A DNA stretch of 64,000 nt from a bacterium (lineage in GTDB: Bacteria; Patescibacteriota; Patescibacteriia; UBA2196): assembly GCA_035388785.1 (NCBI GenBank), contig DAOOQN010000004.1:4318-68317 (forward strand), given 5' to 3'. A program made the translations under genes and the position numbers. Of the stretch, positions 38,467 to 48,095 are shown piece by piece (positions within the stretch are counted from its first letter, which is position 1; each line of letters begins with the position of its first letter). The notes under the pieces were generated by a model. It had not been told where the DNA came from. It saw only the letters and a program-made list of their open reading frames with translations, and searched no databases.

Positions 38467-40392
38467 ATGGCCAATCTTTTTGTCATTGAAGAAAAATCAC
38501 AAAAAATAAAAAATAGTAAACTTGATTTTTATAATCAGCAAATCAGTGGTGAATCTTTTGATTTTGATTCAAAACAAGAAGCACTTAAGGTAACCATTAA
38601 CAAGACCAGGGTGGTTATTTTTTTTATTTTTATTATTTTGTTTTTATTAATTTTTATATATAGAGCTTTTTATTTGCAAATTTTGAAAGGTAATTATTGG
38701 TATAATGTGGCTGAAGGTAATAGAATAAGAATTGAAAAACAAGTGCCACCGCGAGGTATAATTTTTGATCGCAATTTAAAATCTCTAGTTAATAATTCAC
38801 CTGATTTTATTTTATCTTTTGTGCCTTTTGACTTGGTTAATAATGCGGTAGAAATTGATCAAATTGTGTTTTTTTTGCAACAAGAAAAAATATTTTTTTC
38901 TGCTGATGAATTGCGAGAAAAGATAAAAAAAACTGATTCTCAATCCATTGAGCCAGTAGAAATTATTGATCAAATCACTTATGAACAAGCCCTAAAACTG
39001 ATGATGCAGATAGAAAATTTTCCGGCCTTACGTTTGAATTATATTAATAAACGTAATTATATTGATGTACGTTTTGGTTTAGCACATATTTTGGGTTATA
39101 TGGGTAAAATGGATGAAAAATCTTGGCAGAGTATGCAAAATAAAGATTATCTTTTAATTGACTGGATTGGTAAAAGTGGTTTAGAAAAGGTTTATGAAGA
39201 AAAATTACGGGGTGTGGTTGGAAAAAAAGAAGTTGAAGTTGATGCGCGTGGTGAAATCAAAAAAAATATTAGCAATAAAAAATTAGTCAAAGGCAATAGT
39301 TTAATTTTAGGTATTGATGCGGATTTTAATGCTTTTTTGACTGATAAACTGTGCACAGCAGCCAATCTATATGGTGCTAAGGCTGCTGCCTTGGCCGTTA
39401 ATCCGCAGAATGGTGAAATATTAGCTTTAGTGTCCTGTCCTATATATAATAATAACTATTTTAATAACACACTACTCTACCAGGCAGAAATTGAAAATTT
39501 ATTAGAAGATAAAAAACAGCCGCTTTTTAATCGCGCAGTACAAGGTGAGTATCCAGCGGGTTCAATTTTTAAATTAGTCATGGCTGCGGCTGGTTTACAA
39601 GAAAAAATTATTACCGAAGACACAAAGATAAATTCTACAGGTGGCATTAGTATTGGACAGTGGTTTTTTCCAGATTGGAAAGCTGGCGGTCATGGTCTAA
39701 CAAATATCACCAAAGCCATTGCTGAATCAGTGAATACTTTTTTTTATTATGTTGGTGGTGGATTTGGTGATGAATTTTCTGGTTTAGGATTGGAAAGAAT
39801 AGTCAGCTATGCCAATAAGTTTTATTTTAATCACGTCTTGGGTATTGATTTACCGGGTGAGGCCGATGGTTTTTTGCCCAGTCAAGAATGGAAAAAGAAA
39901 AATACCGGAGAAAACTGGTATATTGGTGATACCTATCATCTTTCTATTGGCCAAGGTGATTTAACAGTGACTCCTCTACAGATTTTGTCATTGACCAGTT
40001 ATTTTGCCAATGGTGGCACGCTGTATCAACCCCATTTATTAAAAGGCTTGATTGATGATAAAAATATTACCACCTATATAGAACCAAAAATTTTAGCAAA
40101 AAATATTGTTGACAATTTTAATGTTGAGCTTGTGCGCCAAGGTATGCGTCAAGCGGTTTTATCTGGCTCAGCCAGTTCATTACAAGATTTACCCGTAACT
40201 TCAGCCGCCAAGACCGGCACCGCTCAAGCTGGGGATAATCAACAACCACACGCGTGGTTTACTGTTTTTGCGCCTTTTGAAAAACCAGAAATAGTTATCA
40301 CAGTTTTAATTGAAAATGGTGTTGAGGGTAGTCTTACGGCTCTACCCGTCGTCAAAGATGCTTTGAGCTGGTATTTTACGCGGCCAAAATAA
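38467..40392 (+). CDS. Class B penicillin-binding protein (PBP2/FtsI-type transpeptidase)
   Basis: 641 aa. An N-terminal TM helix, the SxxK motif (GSIFK), SxN, and KTGTA are present. Confidence 0.85.
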   Translation: MANLFVIEEKSQKIKNSKLDFYNQQISGESFDFDSKQEALKVTINKTRVVIFFIFIILFLLIFIYRAFYLQILKGNYWYNVAEGNRIRIEKQVPPRGIIFDRNLKSLVNNSPDFILSFVPFDLVNNAVEIDQIVFFLQQEKIFFSADELREKIKKTDSQSIEPVEIIDQITYEQALKLMMQIENFPALRLNYINKRNYIDVRFGLAHILGYMGKMDEKSWQSMQNKDYLLIDWIGKSGLEKVYEEKLRGVVGKKEVEVDARGEIKKNISNKKLVKGNSLILGIDADFNAFLTDKLCTAANLYGAKAAALAVNPQNGEILALVSCPIYNNNYFNNTLLYQAEIENLLEDKKQPLFNRAVQGEYPAGSIFKLVMAAAGLQEKIITEDTKINSTGGISIGQWFFPDWKAGGHGLTNITKAIAESVNTFFYYVGGGFGDEFSGLGLERIVSYANKFYFNHVLGIDLPGEADGFLPSQEWKKKNTGENWYIGDTYHLSIGQGDLTVTPLQILSLTSYFANGGTLYQPHLLKGLIDDKNITTYIEPKILAKNIVDNFNVELVRQGMRQAVLSGSASSLQDLPVTSAAKTGTAQAGDNQQPHAWFTVFAPFEKPEIVITVLIENGVEGSLTALPVVKDALSWYFTRPK

Positions 40393-40476
40393 TTTTTTGT
40401 ATTTATTTTATAATAAAAAGAATTGCGATTTTTTGAGTTGATATGTTATAATAAAGTCAATAACAGTCATTTTTTT

Positions 40477-41727
40477 ATGTCAAAATCAAAACAAGAACCA
40501 AAAAATAAAACCTTAAAATTTCCTAAAGGATTTTTGTGGGGTACCGCGACTGCTGCTCATCAAATTGAAGGCGCTAATATAAATTCTGATTGGTGGCATT
40601 GGGAAGAAACTGGTGCTATGAAACATAAATCTGGTCAGGCCTGTGGTAGTTATCAACATTATTTGGATGATCATGAGATCATTGAAAAAATAAATAACAA
40701 CGCTTATCGTTTTTCAATTGAATGGTCTCGTATTGAACCGGATTGTGGTCATTTTAATCATGCAGCCATGCAGCACTATTTAGCAGTTATGGCTGATTTA
40801 AAAAAAAGAGGCATCAAAATAATACTTACTCTTCACCATTTTACCAATCCGGAATGGTTTGCAAATAAGGGTGGTTGGACAAATGTAAAAAGTGCCTGGT
40901 ATTTTAAACGCTATGTTAGTTTTGTGGCTGAAAATATTGGCGGTTTGGTTGATCTCTGGATTACTATAAACGAACCAGAGGTTTATGTTGACATGTGTTA
41001 TCACAAAGCTATTTGGCCACCGCAAGAAAAAAACACAAAAAAAGCACTGTGGGCTTATTTAAATATGGCATTGGCACACCGGATGGTGTATAAATTTTTA
41101 CATAAAAAATTAAAAAATCCACAGGTGGGTTTTGCTATGAATGTTATGTCGTTTGCTTCTTATCGTAAGCATCGTTTTTTGGAACTGCTTTATGTACATT
41201 TGGCTGATCGTTTTGTTAATCACTCTTTTTATGATTTGACAAAAAATAAACATGATTTTTTAGGCATTAATTATTATTTTCGTGTCCGTTTGAAACAAAA
41301 AGATGATGGTTGGTTGCCAGAAACAGAAGGCATCACAGAAGGTGAGCGTGACAAATCTGATGTAGGTTGGGTGATTTATCCGCATGGTATTTTTGATGTT
41401 CTGATGGATTTGTCAGATTTCAATCTTCCAATTTATATAACCGAAAACGGTGTCGCTGCCCAAGACGATTGCAAGCGTGAAAAATTTATTGTTGATCACT
41501 TAACTGAAATTTATCACGCTCTCAAAGCTGGTGTGGATGTCAGGGGTTATTTTCATTGGTCACTTTTAGATAATTTTGAATGGGAAAAGGGCTTTGAACC
41601 AAAATTTGGATTAGTGGATGTTGATTTAAAAACCTTTAAGAGAACCATCAAGCCCAGTGGTGAGTTGTATGCAAAAATCGCCAAAAATAATGCTGTATTG
41701 GGCGAGATGAGAGAACTTTTTGAATAA
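40477..41727 (+). CDS. Glycoside hydrolase family 1 beta-glucosidase
   Basis: The N-terminal GH1 signature FLWGTATAAHQIEG, the acid/base block TINEPEV, and the nucleophile block ITENG are all present. I prefer the ATG at 40477 because the track start at 40423 is a TTG. Confidence 0.85.
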   Translation: MSKSKQEPKNKTLKFPKGFLWGTATAAHQIEGANINSDWWHWEETGAMKHKSGQACGSYQHYLDDHEIIEKINNNAYRFSIEWSRIEPDCGHFNHAAMQHYLAVMADLKKRGIKIILTLHHFTNPEWFANKGGWTNVKSAWYFKRYVSFVAENIGGLVDLWITINEPEVYVDMCYHKAIWPPQEKNTKKALWAYLNMALAHRMVYKFLHKKLKNPQVGFAMNVMSFASYRKHRFLELLYVHLADRFVNHSFYDLTKNKHDFLGINYYFRVRLKQKDDGWLPETEGITEGERDKSDVGWVIYPHGIFDVLMDLSDFNLPIYITENGVAAQDDCKREKFIVDHLTEIYHALKAGVDVRGYFHWSLLDNFEWEKGFEPKFGLVDVDLKTFKRTIKPSGELYAKIAKNNAVLGEMRELFE

Positions 41728-41750
41728 GTTTTTACTTTTATTTTTTATTT

Positions 41751-42716
41751 ATGACTTGGTTAATAGTTGCTTTGGTGGCTTATTTTTTAAATGCCATCGC
41801 CATGGTTACTGATAAAGCTTTGTTAAAAAAAGACAAAATTGATAATCCATTTGTCTATGTTTTTTATATTGCGGCTTTGGGTTGTGTCCTCATGCTTTTT
41901 GTGATTCCTTTTGGTTTAAAAATTCCAGACACACTAACCATTTGGGTTTCTCTTTTAGCTGGCGCCACTTTTGTGTGGGCGTTACTCCTGATGTTTGCCG
42001 CTTTAAAAAAGGATGAAGCCAGTCGCGTCAACCCAATGGTGGGTGGGTTAACTCCGATTTTTGTTTTCATTTTTGCTTGGTATATTTTGGAAGAAAAATT
42101 AAACTATAATCAATACACTGGTCTCTTTTTTTTAATTGTTGGTTCTTTAATTATTGCTTTAGATTTTAAAAAACATGGTGCTTGGTCTTGGCTTAAGAAA
42201 AAATTTGGTTTACTGAATTTTAGTCTGCCGCAAATCAGAAAAACAATTTGGTTAGTTTTACCCGCAGCTATTCTTTTTGGTGTTTCAAACGTTCTAACAA
42301 AATATGTTTACGCTAATACAAAATTTTTAACAGGTTTCGTTTGGACCAGAGCAGGGTCACTGGTGGCAGTTATTTTATTACTTTTTGTGCCTGCTAATTT
42401 CAAAGCTATAAAGGACAGTTTAGTGCACAATAAAAAAGACAAATCTGGTGCTAAAAAAACAGGTGGTTTATTTCTTTTGGGACAGATCTGCGGTGGTAGC
42501 TCAGCAATTTTACAACAGTATGCTATTTTTTTAGGTTCAGTCACTTTAGTTCAAGCCATGCAGGGTATTCAATATGTTTTTGTATTTATTTTTGCCATGC
42601 TTTTAACTGTGTTTTTACCCAAAATTTTAAAAGAAGAGTTAACTAAAGAAATTTTAATTCAAAAAATTATTGGCATTCTAATTATTATTATTGGCTTATA
42701 TTTTGTAGCCACCTAA
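41751..42716 (+). CDS. Polytopic membrane protein (DMT/EamA-like), hypothetical
   Basis: 321 aa with about 10 TM helices. No diagnostic motif I can assign. Confidence 0.4.
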   Translation: MTWLIVALVAYFLNAIAMVTDKALLKKDKIDNPFVYVFYIAALGCVLMLFVIPFGLKIPDTLTIWVSLLAGATFVWALLLMFAALKKDEASRVNPMVGGLTPIFVFIFAWYILEEKLNYNQYTGLFFLIVGSLIIALDFKKHGAWSWLKKKFGLLNFSLPQIRKTIWLVLPAAILFGVSNVLTKYVYANTKFLTGFVWTRAGSLVAVILLLFVPANFKAIKDSLVHNKKDKSGAKKTGGLFLLGQICGGSSAILQQYAIFLGSVTLVQAMQGIQYVFVFIFAMLLTVFLPKILKEELTKEILIQKIIGILIIIIGLYFVAT

Positions 42717-42720
42717 ACAT

Positions 42721-43356
42721 ATGGACCACCAATTTACAAAAGATTATTTTTTTGGAAAAAAACTTTCAAATTACAAAAACTATAACTTATGGGATAATTC
42801 TTATTATTGGAAAGATGTTATAAAATACGTTAAAAAAAATAATCTTTCAGGAAAAATACTTGACGTTGGTTGTGCGTTTGGTTTTATGTTAAAGAGAATT
42901 AAGCCATATTTCAATCAAGTTTACGGTATAGATATTTCAGAATTTGCCATAGATCAGGCGCGTAAAAACACACCCACAGGAATTTTTAATGTAATCAATT
43001 TAAATAAAGAAGAATTACCATTTCCAGATAATTTTTTTGATTTTGTTACAGCGTTTGATGTTTTAGAACACACAGATGATGTAAAAAAGTCTTTAAATAA
43101 AATTACTTCTAAAATTAAAAATGGCGGTCAGCTTATGTTTAGTATGCCCTTAAAAAATACCTGGGCAGGAAAAATATTTTCTTGGTTTGATAAAGACGTA
43201 ACCCACGTAAGTATTCTTGAAGAAAATGATTTATTAAAAATAGTAAAAGAGTGCGATTTAAAAATTATTAAAAAAGGATATTATTTTAATGCACTTTATT
43301 TTAAGATTAGAGGCATTCCAGTTGATATTGAAATTGTTTGTGAAAAAAATAAATAA
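42721..43356 (+). CDS. Class I SAM-dependent methyltransferase
   Basis: 211 aa. SAM-binding motif I (ILDVGCAFGFM) and a Methyltransf_11-like layout are present. Confidence 0.7.
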   Translation: MDHQFTKDYFFGKKLSNYKNYNLWDNSYYWKDVIKYVKKNNLSGKILDVGCAFGFMLKRIKPYFNQVYGIDISEFAIDQARKNTPTGIFNVINLNKEELPFPDNFFDFVTAFDVLEHTDDVKKSLNKITSKIKNGGQLMFSMPLKNTWAGKIFSWFDKDVTHVSILEENDLLKIVKECDLKIIKKGYYFNALYFKIRGIPVDIEIVCEKNK

Positions 43357-43364
43357 TTTATTTA

Positions 43365-44363
43365 ATGAAAACTCACTATAAAATTTTTATTGGCGTGTTT
43401 ATTGTTTTTATTATTTTTTTAATAATAGCCAATTTTAATTTTGGCGCTGATAATAAAATAATTTGGGGTGCCACATTTTCCAAATTGCAAGCTCAAGAGT
43501 TGGGTATTGATTGGGTAATTGCTTATGGTGCCATGATTGATGAATTAAATTTAAAAACCGTTCGCTTACCAATCTATTGGCCGGATGTGGAAAAAAGTCC
43601 AGGAGTTTTTGATTTCTCAGCTTATGATTGGATGATTGAAAAAGCCTTACAAAAAAATATTGAAGTGGTACCGGTGTTAGGTCGACGCGTGCCACGCTGG
43701 CCAGAATGTCATACCCCAGAGATGTATAAAAATCTAACCGAAGACGAAATAAAAACAAAAATACTGGCTTTGCTTAAAGTTGAAGTGGAACATTTTAAAA
43801 AATATTCCAATATAAAAAAATGGCAGCTTGATAACGAACCGTTCGCTGATTTTTTTGGTCAGTGTCCACTTGGCGAGGAGAGTTTGGTACGTGAAGAAGC
43901 GGCCTTGGTGCGCTCACTTGATACACGTCCAGTTATGATGACTGAATCGGGCGAACTTTCCTCGTGGTTTAAGGGTGCAAAAATTGGTGATTTTTTGGGT
44001 GTATCTATGTATCGACAGACGTGGAATAAAAGATGGGGCTGGTTTAACTATCCTTTGCCACCAGCTTTTTATTATTTTAAAGCCCAAATAGTAAAACTTT
44101 TTACACCTGTCAAAAAAGTTATCAATACCGAGTTGCAAACAGAACCGTGGGCCATTGATAATAATTTAACAAAAATGGATTTATTTGATCAGTTTTATTC
44201 CATGGATTTGGCACAAGTAAAAAGTAACGTTAAATTTGCCCGTTCTGCTGGTCTGGATGAAGTTTATCTTTGGGGTGTGGAATGGTGGTGGTGGTTGGGT
44301 GATAAAAAAGGGGATTGGAGTTTTTGGGAATATGGCAAGACAATAAGTTCAGATAATTTTTAA
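43365..44363 (+). CDS. TM-anchored glycoside hydrolase, GH5/GH113-like (beta/alpha)8 barrel
   Basis: 332 aa. An N-terminal TM helix and a WQLDNEPF block (an NEP acid/base motif typical of clan GH-A) are present. The family assignment is tentative. Confidence 0.5.
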   Translation: MKTHYKIFIGVFIVFIIFLIIANFNFGADNKIIWGATFSKLQAQELGIDWVIAYGAMIDELNLKTVRLPIYWPDVEKSPGVFDFSAYDWMIEKALQKNIEVVPVLGRRVPRWPECHTPEMYKNLTEDEIKTKILALLKVEVEHFKKYSNIKKWQLDNEPFADFFGQCPLGEESLVREEAALVRSLDTRPVMMTESGELSSWFKGAKIGDFLGVSMYRQTWNKRWGWFNYPLPPAFYYFKAQIVKLFTPVKKVINTELQTEPWAIDNNLTKMDLFDQFYSMDLAQVKSNVKFARSAGLDEVYLWGVEWWWWLGDKKGDWSFWEYGKTISSDNF

Positions 44364-44406
44364 TTAAATAGATAAAATAATTACAGAATATGGGACAAAA
44401 ATAAAA

Positions 44407-44445
44407 CACCCCCGAAAAGATTGATGGGGGGTGCTGTTGTTTTGT
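44407..44445 (+). terminator. Intrinsic terminator CACCCCC ... GGGGGGTG plus T-run after the GH gene
   Basis: A GC-rich 7-8-bp stem followed by CTGTTGTTTTG. Confidence 0.5.
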
Positions 44446-44462
44446 AGCTCAGTCAGCCGGGT

Positions 44463-44855
44463 TTAAAATGGATTTACCCAGCCGGTGATCTCGATTCTCC
44501 AGCCGTGTAGTTCCATGATGATTGGAAACTTCTTTCCAAAATCCTTGGTATACGCAAAGTAATTGCTATATACCGACACTTCGACCACGTGCTTTGTAAG
44601 CTGACGTACTGTGGCAGAACCGCCACAGTCCACCAGCTTGCCGTCTTTATATAGCTTTATCAAACCGTTTCCCATGTAGGCGGTGGCCGGCACAGCGACC
44701 TCCAGGGTGATATGCCATCCCACGTTTACGTGGAGGCAGAGTTCATTAAACCCGGCCTTTATAATCGGGGTCGGGGTGACGGTGGTTTGTGCATTGGCGT
44801 TGACGACAAAGAGGGTCAGAGCCAGCACGATCAGTAGAAAAGACAGGTTTTTCAT
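44463..44855 (-). CDS. Small secreted protein encoded in an anomalously GC-rich (~50%) island; probably horizontally acquired
   Basis: Signal peptide MKNLSFLLIVLALTLFVVNANA followed by a ~110-aa mature domain. I prefer the ATG at 44855, which has a GGGAGG SD 7 nt upstream; the track ORF starts at a TTG at 44870. Codon usage (GCC, GGC, CTG, ACC) differs from the rest of the window. Confidence 0.55.
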   Translation of the reverse strand: MKNLSFLLIVLALTLFVVNANAQTTVTPTPIIKAGFNELCLHVNVGWHITLEVAVPATAYMGNGLIKLYKDGKLVDCGGSATVRQLTKHVVEVSVYSNYFAYTKDFGKKFPIIMELHGWRIEITGWVNPF

Positions 44856-45061
44856 GATACATCCTCCCAAAATAGATTATGCAACGATTCCACGAATTAT
44901 CTTTAGAATAACAGAGAGAGAGTTTTGTCAAGAGTAGTTATACACACAATTGAAATTTTGTGTAAAATTAGATAAATTTTGGATATTGATGATGTCTTTA
45001 AAACAAATAAAACTTATTTGTTTTTTTTAATAAATTAAGGTAAAATTTAAAGGTAAATTAA

Positions 45062-45135
45062 CGGGATATAGCGCAGTTGGCTAGCGCGCGTCGTTCGGGA
45101 CGACGAGGTCGCCGGTTCGAGTCCGGCTATCCCGA
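45062..45135 (+). tRNA. tRNA-Pro (anticodon CGG)
   Basis: I folded the cloverleaf by hand. Acceptor CGGGATA / TATCCCG. D-arm GCGC-AGTTGGCTA-GCGC. Anticodon arm CGTCG-TTCGGGA-CGACG, giving anticodon CGG with G37. T-arm GCCGG-TTCGAGT-CCGGC. No encoded CCA. Confidence 0.85.
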
Positions 45136-45156
45136 TAAAGTTGTTTAATATAATTA

Positions 45157-45191
45157 ATCTTGTTCAAAATATTTTTAAAATTTTGAGCAAG
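45157..45191. promoter_or_regulatory. Imperfect 12-bp inverted repeat (TCTTGTTCAAAAT-N9-ATTTTGAGCAAGA) upstream of the Cys-rich ORF
   Basis: An AT-rich inverted repeat with one mismatch, 14 nt upstream of the 45205 ATG. Its operator-like geometry resembles ArsR/SmtB-type 12-N-12 sites. Confidence 0.3.
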
Positions 45192-45204
45192 AACAGAGAT
45201 ACAT

Positions 45205-45342
45205 ATGGAAGATGAACAAAAAAAATGCACAGCTTGTGGTACCATAATTACTGACGAAACAAAGTGTGCTTGTAGTGAAAATTTATGTGCTGCCTGTTGC
45301 ACCTGTGATCCTGATTGCTCTTGTGGCTGTCAGGATAAATAG
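45205..45342 (+). CDS. 45-aa Cys-rich, metallothionein-like small protein
   Basis: MEDEQKKCTACGTIITDETKCACSENLCAACCTCDPDCSCGCQDK. It has 11 Cys in 45 aa, and its KCAC...LCAAC block resembles the bacterial SmtA KCACEPCLC core. It is below the ORF-track size cutoff. Confidence 0.45.
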   Translation: MEDEQKKCTACGTIITDETKCACSENLCAACCTCDPDCSCGCQDK

Positions 45343-45348
45343 ATTGCT

Positions 45349-46599
45349 ATGGATCTTTTTGACGAACATTATCAAAAAGAATTAGCCGCAAAAGCGCCGC
45401 TGGCCGATCGTCTTCGACCAGCGGCGCTGATTGATTATGTGGGCCAGGAAGAAATTATTGGTCCGGGTTCTCTTTTGCGTCAAGCCATAGAAAATGACGA
45501 ACTACCATCCATGATTTTGTGGGGGCCACCTGGTAGCGGTAAAACCACTCTGGCACGCATTATTGCTCAATTCACCAATTCTTTTTTTGTAGAAATTTCT
45601 GCTGTTACTTCCGGCGTTAAAGATTTGCGTGAAATAATTACTCAAGCAATAAATAAACGTAAACTTAATAATCAGCGCACCATTCTTTTTGTGGATGAAA
45701 TTCATCGTTGGAACAAAGCTCAACAAGATGGGCTTTTGCCTTTGATAGAGAAGGGAATTATGACTTTGATTGGTGCCACCACCGAAAATCCGTCTTTTGA
45801 AGTTATAGCGCCTTTATTATCACGTTCGCGAGTTTATGTCCTAAAGCCATTGTCACTGCCCAGTTTACAAATAATTATTCAGCGAGCTTTAACTGATACA
45901 GAAAAGGGACTGGCTAGTTATCAGGCTCTGTTGGACACCCAGGCTGAGATGTTATTATTGCAAGTCAGTAATGGCGATGCGCGCGTTATTCTAAATGCTT
46001 TGGAAATCGCTGTCAAAAATACTGCCCCCAATTCGCAAGGAAAAAGAATAGTTAATAAAAAAATAATTGCTGATGCTTTGCAGCAGCAGACCATGCTTTA
46101 TGATCGCGCGGGTGAAGAGCATTACAACATTATTTCGGCTTTACACAAATCTATGCGTGGCAATAATCCTGACGCTGCAGTTTACTGGTTGGCTAGAATG
46201 TTAGAAGCTGGTGAAGACCCGCTTTACATTGCCCGACGATTAGTGCGTTTTGCAGCCGAGGATGTGGGTTTGGCTGACAATTTTGCTGTCGTGCTGGCCA
46301 ATTCTGTTTTTGATGCATGTCACAAACTAGGTATGCCTGAGTGTAATGTCCACCTTACTCAATTGGTCATTTATCTGGCACAAGCCAAAAAAAGCATAGC
46401 AGCTTACCAGGCTTATGGCGCTGCACAAAAAGATATTAAAGAACTTGGCTATTTGCCTGTGCCATTGCATTTACGCAATGCGCCCACCAAACTAATGAAA
46501 GAGCTTAATTATGGTAAGGATTATAAATATACCCCCTTGGAAGATTCACAAGATCAAGAGTATTTTCCAGAAGAATTAAAAGGCAGAAAATATATTTAA
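45349..46599 (+). CDS. rarA: Replication-associated recombination protein A (RarA/MgsA AAA+ ATPase)
   Basis: 416 aa. The AAA+ block LRPAALIDYVGQEEIIG ... MILWGPPGSGKTTLARIIA and a C-terminal MgsA helical domain are present. Confidence 0.9.
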   Translation: MDLFDEHYQKELAAKAPLADRLRPAALIDYVGQEEIIGPGSLLRQAIENDELPSMILWGPPGSGKTTLARIIAQFTNSFFVEISAVTSGVKDLREIITQAINKRKLNNQRTILFVDEIHRWNKAQQDGLLPLIEKGIMTLIGATTENPSFEVIAPLLSRSRVYVLKPLSLPSLQIIIQRALTDTEKGLASYQALLDTQAEMLLLQVSNGDARVILNALEIAVKNTAPNSQGKRIVNKKIIADALQQQTMLYDRAGEEHYNIISALHKSMRGNNPDAAVYWLARMLEAGEDPLYIARRLVRFAAEDVGLADNFAVVLANSVFDACHKLGMPECNVHLTQLVIYLAQAKKSIAAYQAYGAAQKDIKELGYLPVPLHLRNAPTKLMKELNYGKDYKYTPLEDSQDQEYFPEELKGRKYI

Positions 46600-46625
46600 T
46601 TTTTTAATAAATCACATAAAATAAA

Positions 46626-46652
46626 CGGTAATAATAGCCGTTTTTTTATTTT
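46626..46652 (+). terminator. Intrinsic terminator (AACGG-taataatag-CCGTT plus T7) after rarA
   Basis: A short stem followed by a T-run. Confidence 0.55.
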
Positions 46653-46695
46653 TGTTTGTTTTTTTATAATTTTATAGCTAAGTGGATAACTATTA

Positions 46696-46724
46696 TTGAC
46701 ATAGTTAGTTATATATGATAATAT
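46696..46724 (+). promoter_or_regulatory. Sigma70-like promoter TTGACA, 17-nt spacer, TAATAT for the GT4 gene
   Basis: -35 at 46696-46701 and -10 at 46719-46724. Confidence 0.5.
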
Positions 46725-46764
46725 ATACAATTATCAAATTAAATATTCAAATATTAAAAAATAT

Positions 46765-47973
46765 ATGTTAAAAATCGCTTATATTGGTCAAAAAGGCATT
46801 CTTAATCCTTCTGGTGGAGGTGTAGAAACTCATGTGGAAGAACTTAGTGTGCGCATGGCTAAGAAGGGTTTCGATGTCTTTTTATATACTCGGCCACACT
46901 ATACACCCAAAGAATATAAAAAATATGAAGGTGTTAATTTAATTAGTTTACCTTCTATATACACTAAACACCTAGATGCTGGTTCACACACTTTTTTGGC
47001 TATTCTACATGCCATAAAAAATAAGGTTGATATAATTCATATCCATGGTATTGGACCGGCCTGGCTTTCTTTTATTCCAAGAATCGTTGCTCCCAAAATT
47101 AAAGTTATAGTAACTGCTCATAGTGAAGATTGGGAGCATAAAAAGTGGGGTATCTTTGCTCAATTTATGCTTAAATTTGGGGCGTTTATGTCCGCTGTTT
47201 TTGCTCATGAAGTTATTACTGTTTCCAAAAAATTACAAAAAAGATACCTAACACTCTATAAACGTTCCATAACTTTAATTCCTAACGGTGTGACTGTTCG
47301 GCAAAATGGTGATGTTAGTGATCATCTAATTAAACAATTTAATTTGACTAAAGAAAAATATATTTTGACGGTTTCACGTCTGGTTAGACATAAAGGTATT
47401 CACTATTTAATTGAAGCTTTTAAAAAAGTTAAGCTTAATCCAGAGTTTGCTGATTATAAATTAGTAATTGTTGGCCAAACTTCGTTTACAGATGATTATT
47501 ATGAATTTTTAAAAAGTTTAGTTGATGGTCGCGATGATATAATTTTTACCGGCGGTCAACGCGGTGAAATGTTGGAGCAACTCTACGCTCATAGTTACAT
47601 GTATGTTTCACCATCTCAATCCGAGGGTCTTTCTATTTCTCTTTTAGAAGCTATGGCTTATGCCAAACCAGTTTTGGTGTCTGATATTTCAGCCAACGCC
47701 GATTTGGTGGCGGGTGATGCTAGTTTGGGTGGTGTGGGTTTTATTTTTCGCAATACAGATATTAATGATCTAACTTATAAAATGGTTTTACTTTTAACTC
47801 ATGCACAAGTGGCTAGAAAAGTTGGCAAGAAAGCTAGAAGTTATGTCAAAATTTATTATAATTGGGAAGATGTCGTGGATAGAATTACCAAGATTTATAA
47901 AAGTTTAGTTCTAATTAAAGATAAAACTAAAAAAATCAAATCTGTCAGCTCAGAAAAGGTGGCTTGGGCTTAA
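46765..47973 (+). CDS. Glycosyltransferase family 4 (GT-B, retaining)
   Basis: 402 aa. The C-terminal EX7E-type block SPSQSEGLSISLLEAMAYAKPVLVSD is present. Confidence 0.85.
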   Translation: MLKIAYIGQKGILNPSGGGVETHVEELSVRMAKKGFDVFLYTRPHYTPKEYKKYEGVNLISLPSIYTKHLDAGSHTFLAILHAIKNKVDIIHIHGIGPAWLSFIPRIVAPKIKVIVTAHSEDWEHKKWGIFAQFMLKFGAFMSAVFAHEVITVSKKLQKRYLTLYKRSITLIPNGVTVRQNGDVSDHLIKQFNLTKEKYILTVSRLVRHKGIHYLIEAFKKVKLNPEFADYKLVIVGQTSFTDDYYEFLKSLVDGRDDIIFTGGQRGEMLEQLYAHSYMYVSPSQSEGLSISLLEAMAYAKPVLVSDISANADLVAGDASLGGVGFIFRNTDINDLTYKMVLLLTHAQVARKVGKKARSYVKIYYNWEDVVDRITKIYKSLVLIKDKTKKIKSVSSEKVAWA

Positions 47974-47999
47974 TGCATTAATTTATATTTTTACTAAAA

Positions 48000-48034
48000 A
48001 ATAACCCCACATTTCATGGGGTTATTTTTTGTTT
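48000..48034 (+). terminator. Intrinsic terminator (AATAACCCCA-catttca-TGGGGTTATT plus T-run) after the GT4 gene
   Basis: A 10-bp perfect stem followed by TTTTGTTTT. Confidence 0.6.
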
Positions 48035-48095
48035 TATATTAGACAAAAAAGTATTTTAATGCTAAGCTATAAGTACTAAAATAGTCATTATTATT

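Noticed and set aside
44446-44463. tRNA-like fragment (GTAGCTCAGTCAGCCGGG) at the left edge of the GC-rich island, a possible integration-site remnant
   Set aside because: It only resembles a D-arm. I could not fold an acceptor, anticodon or T-arm around it, and integrative elements usually duplicate the tRNA 3' end, not the 5' part.
45081-45302. Track ORF on the minus strand (73 aa) overlapping the tRNA-Pro gene
   Set aside because: It overlaps a well-folded tRNA and the + strand Cys-rich ORF, and shows no coding signature.
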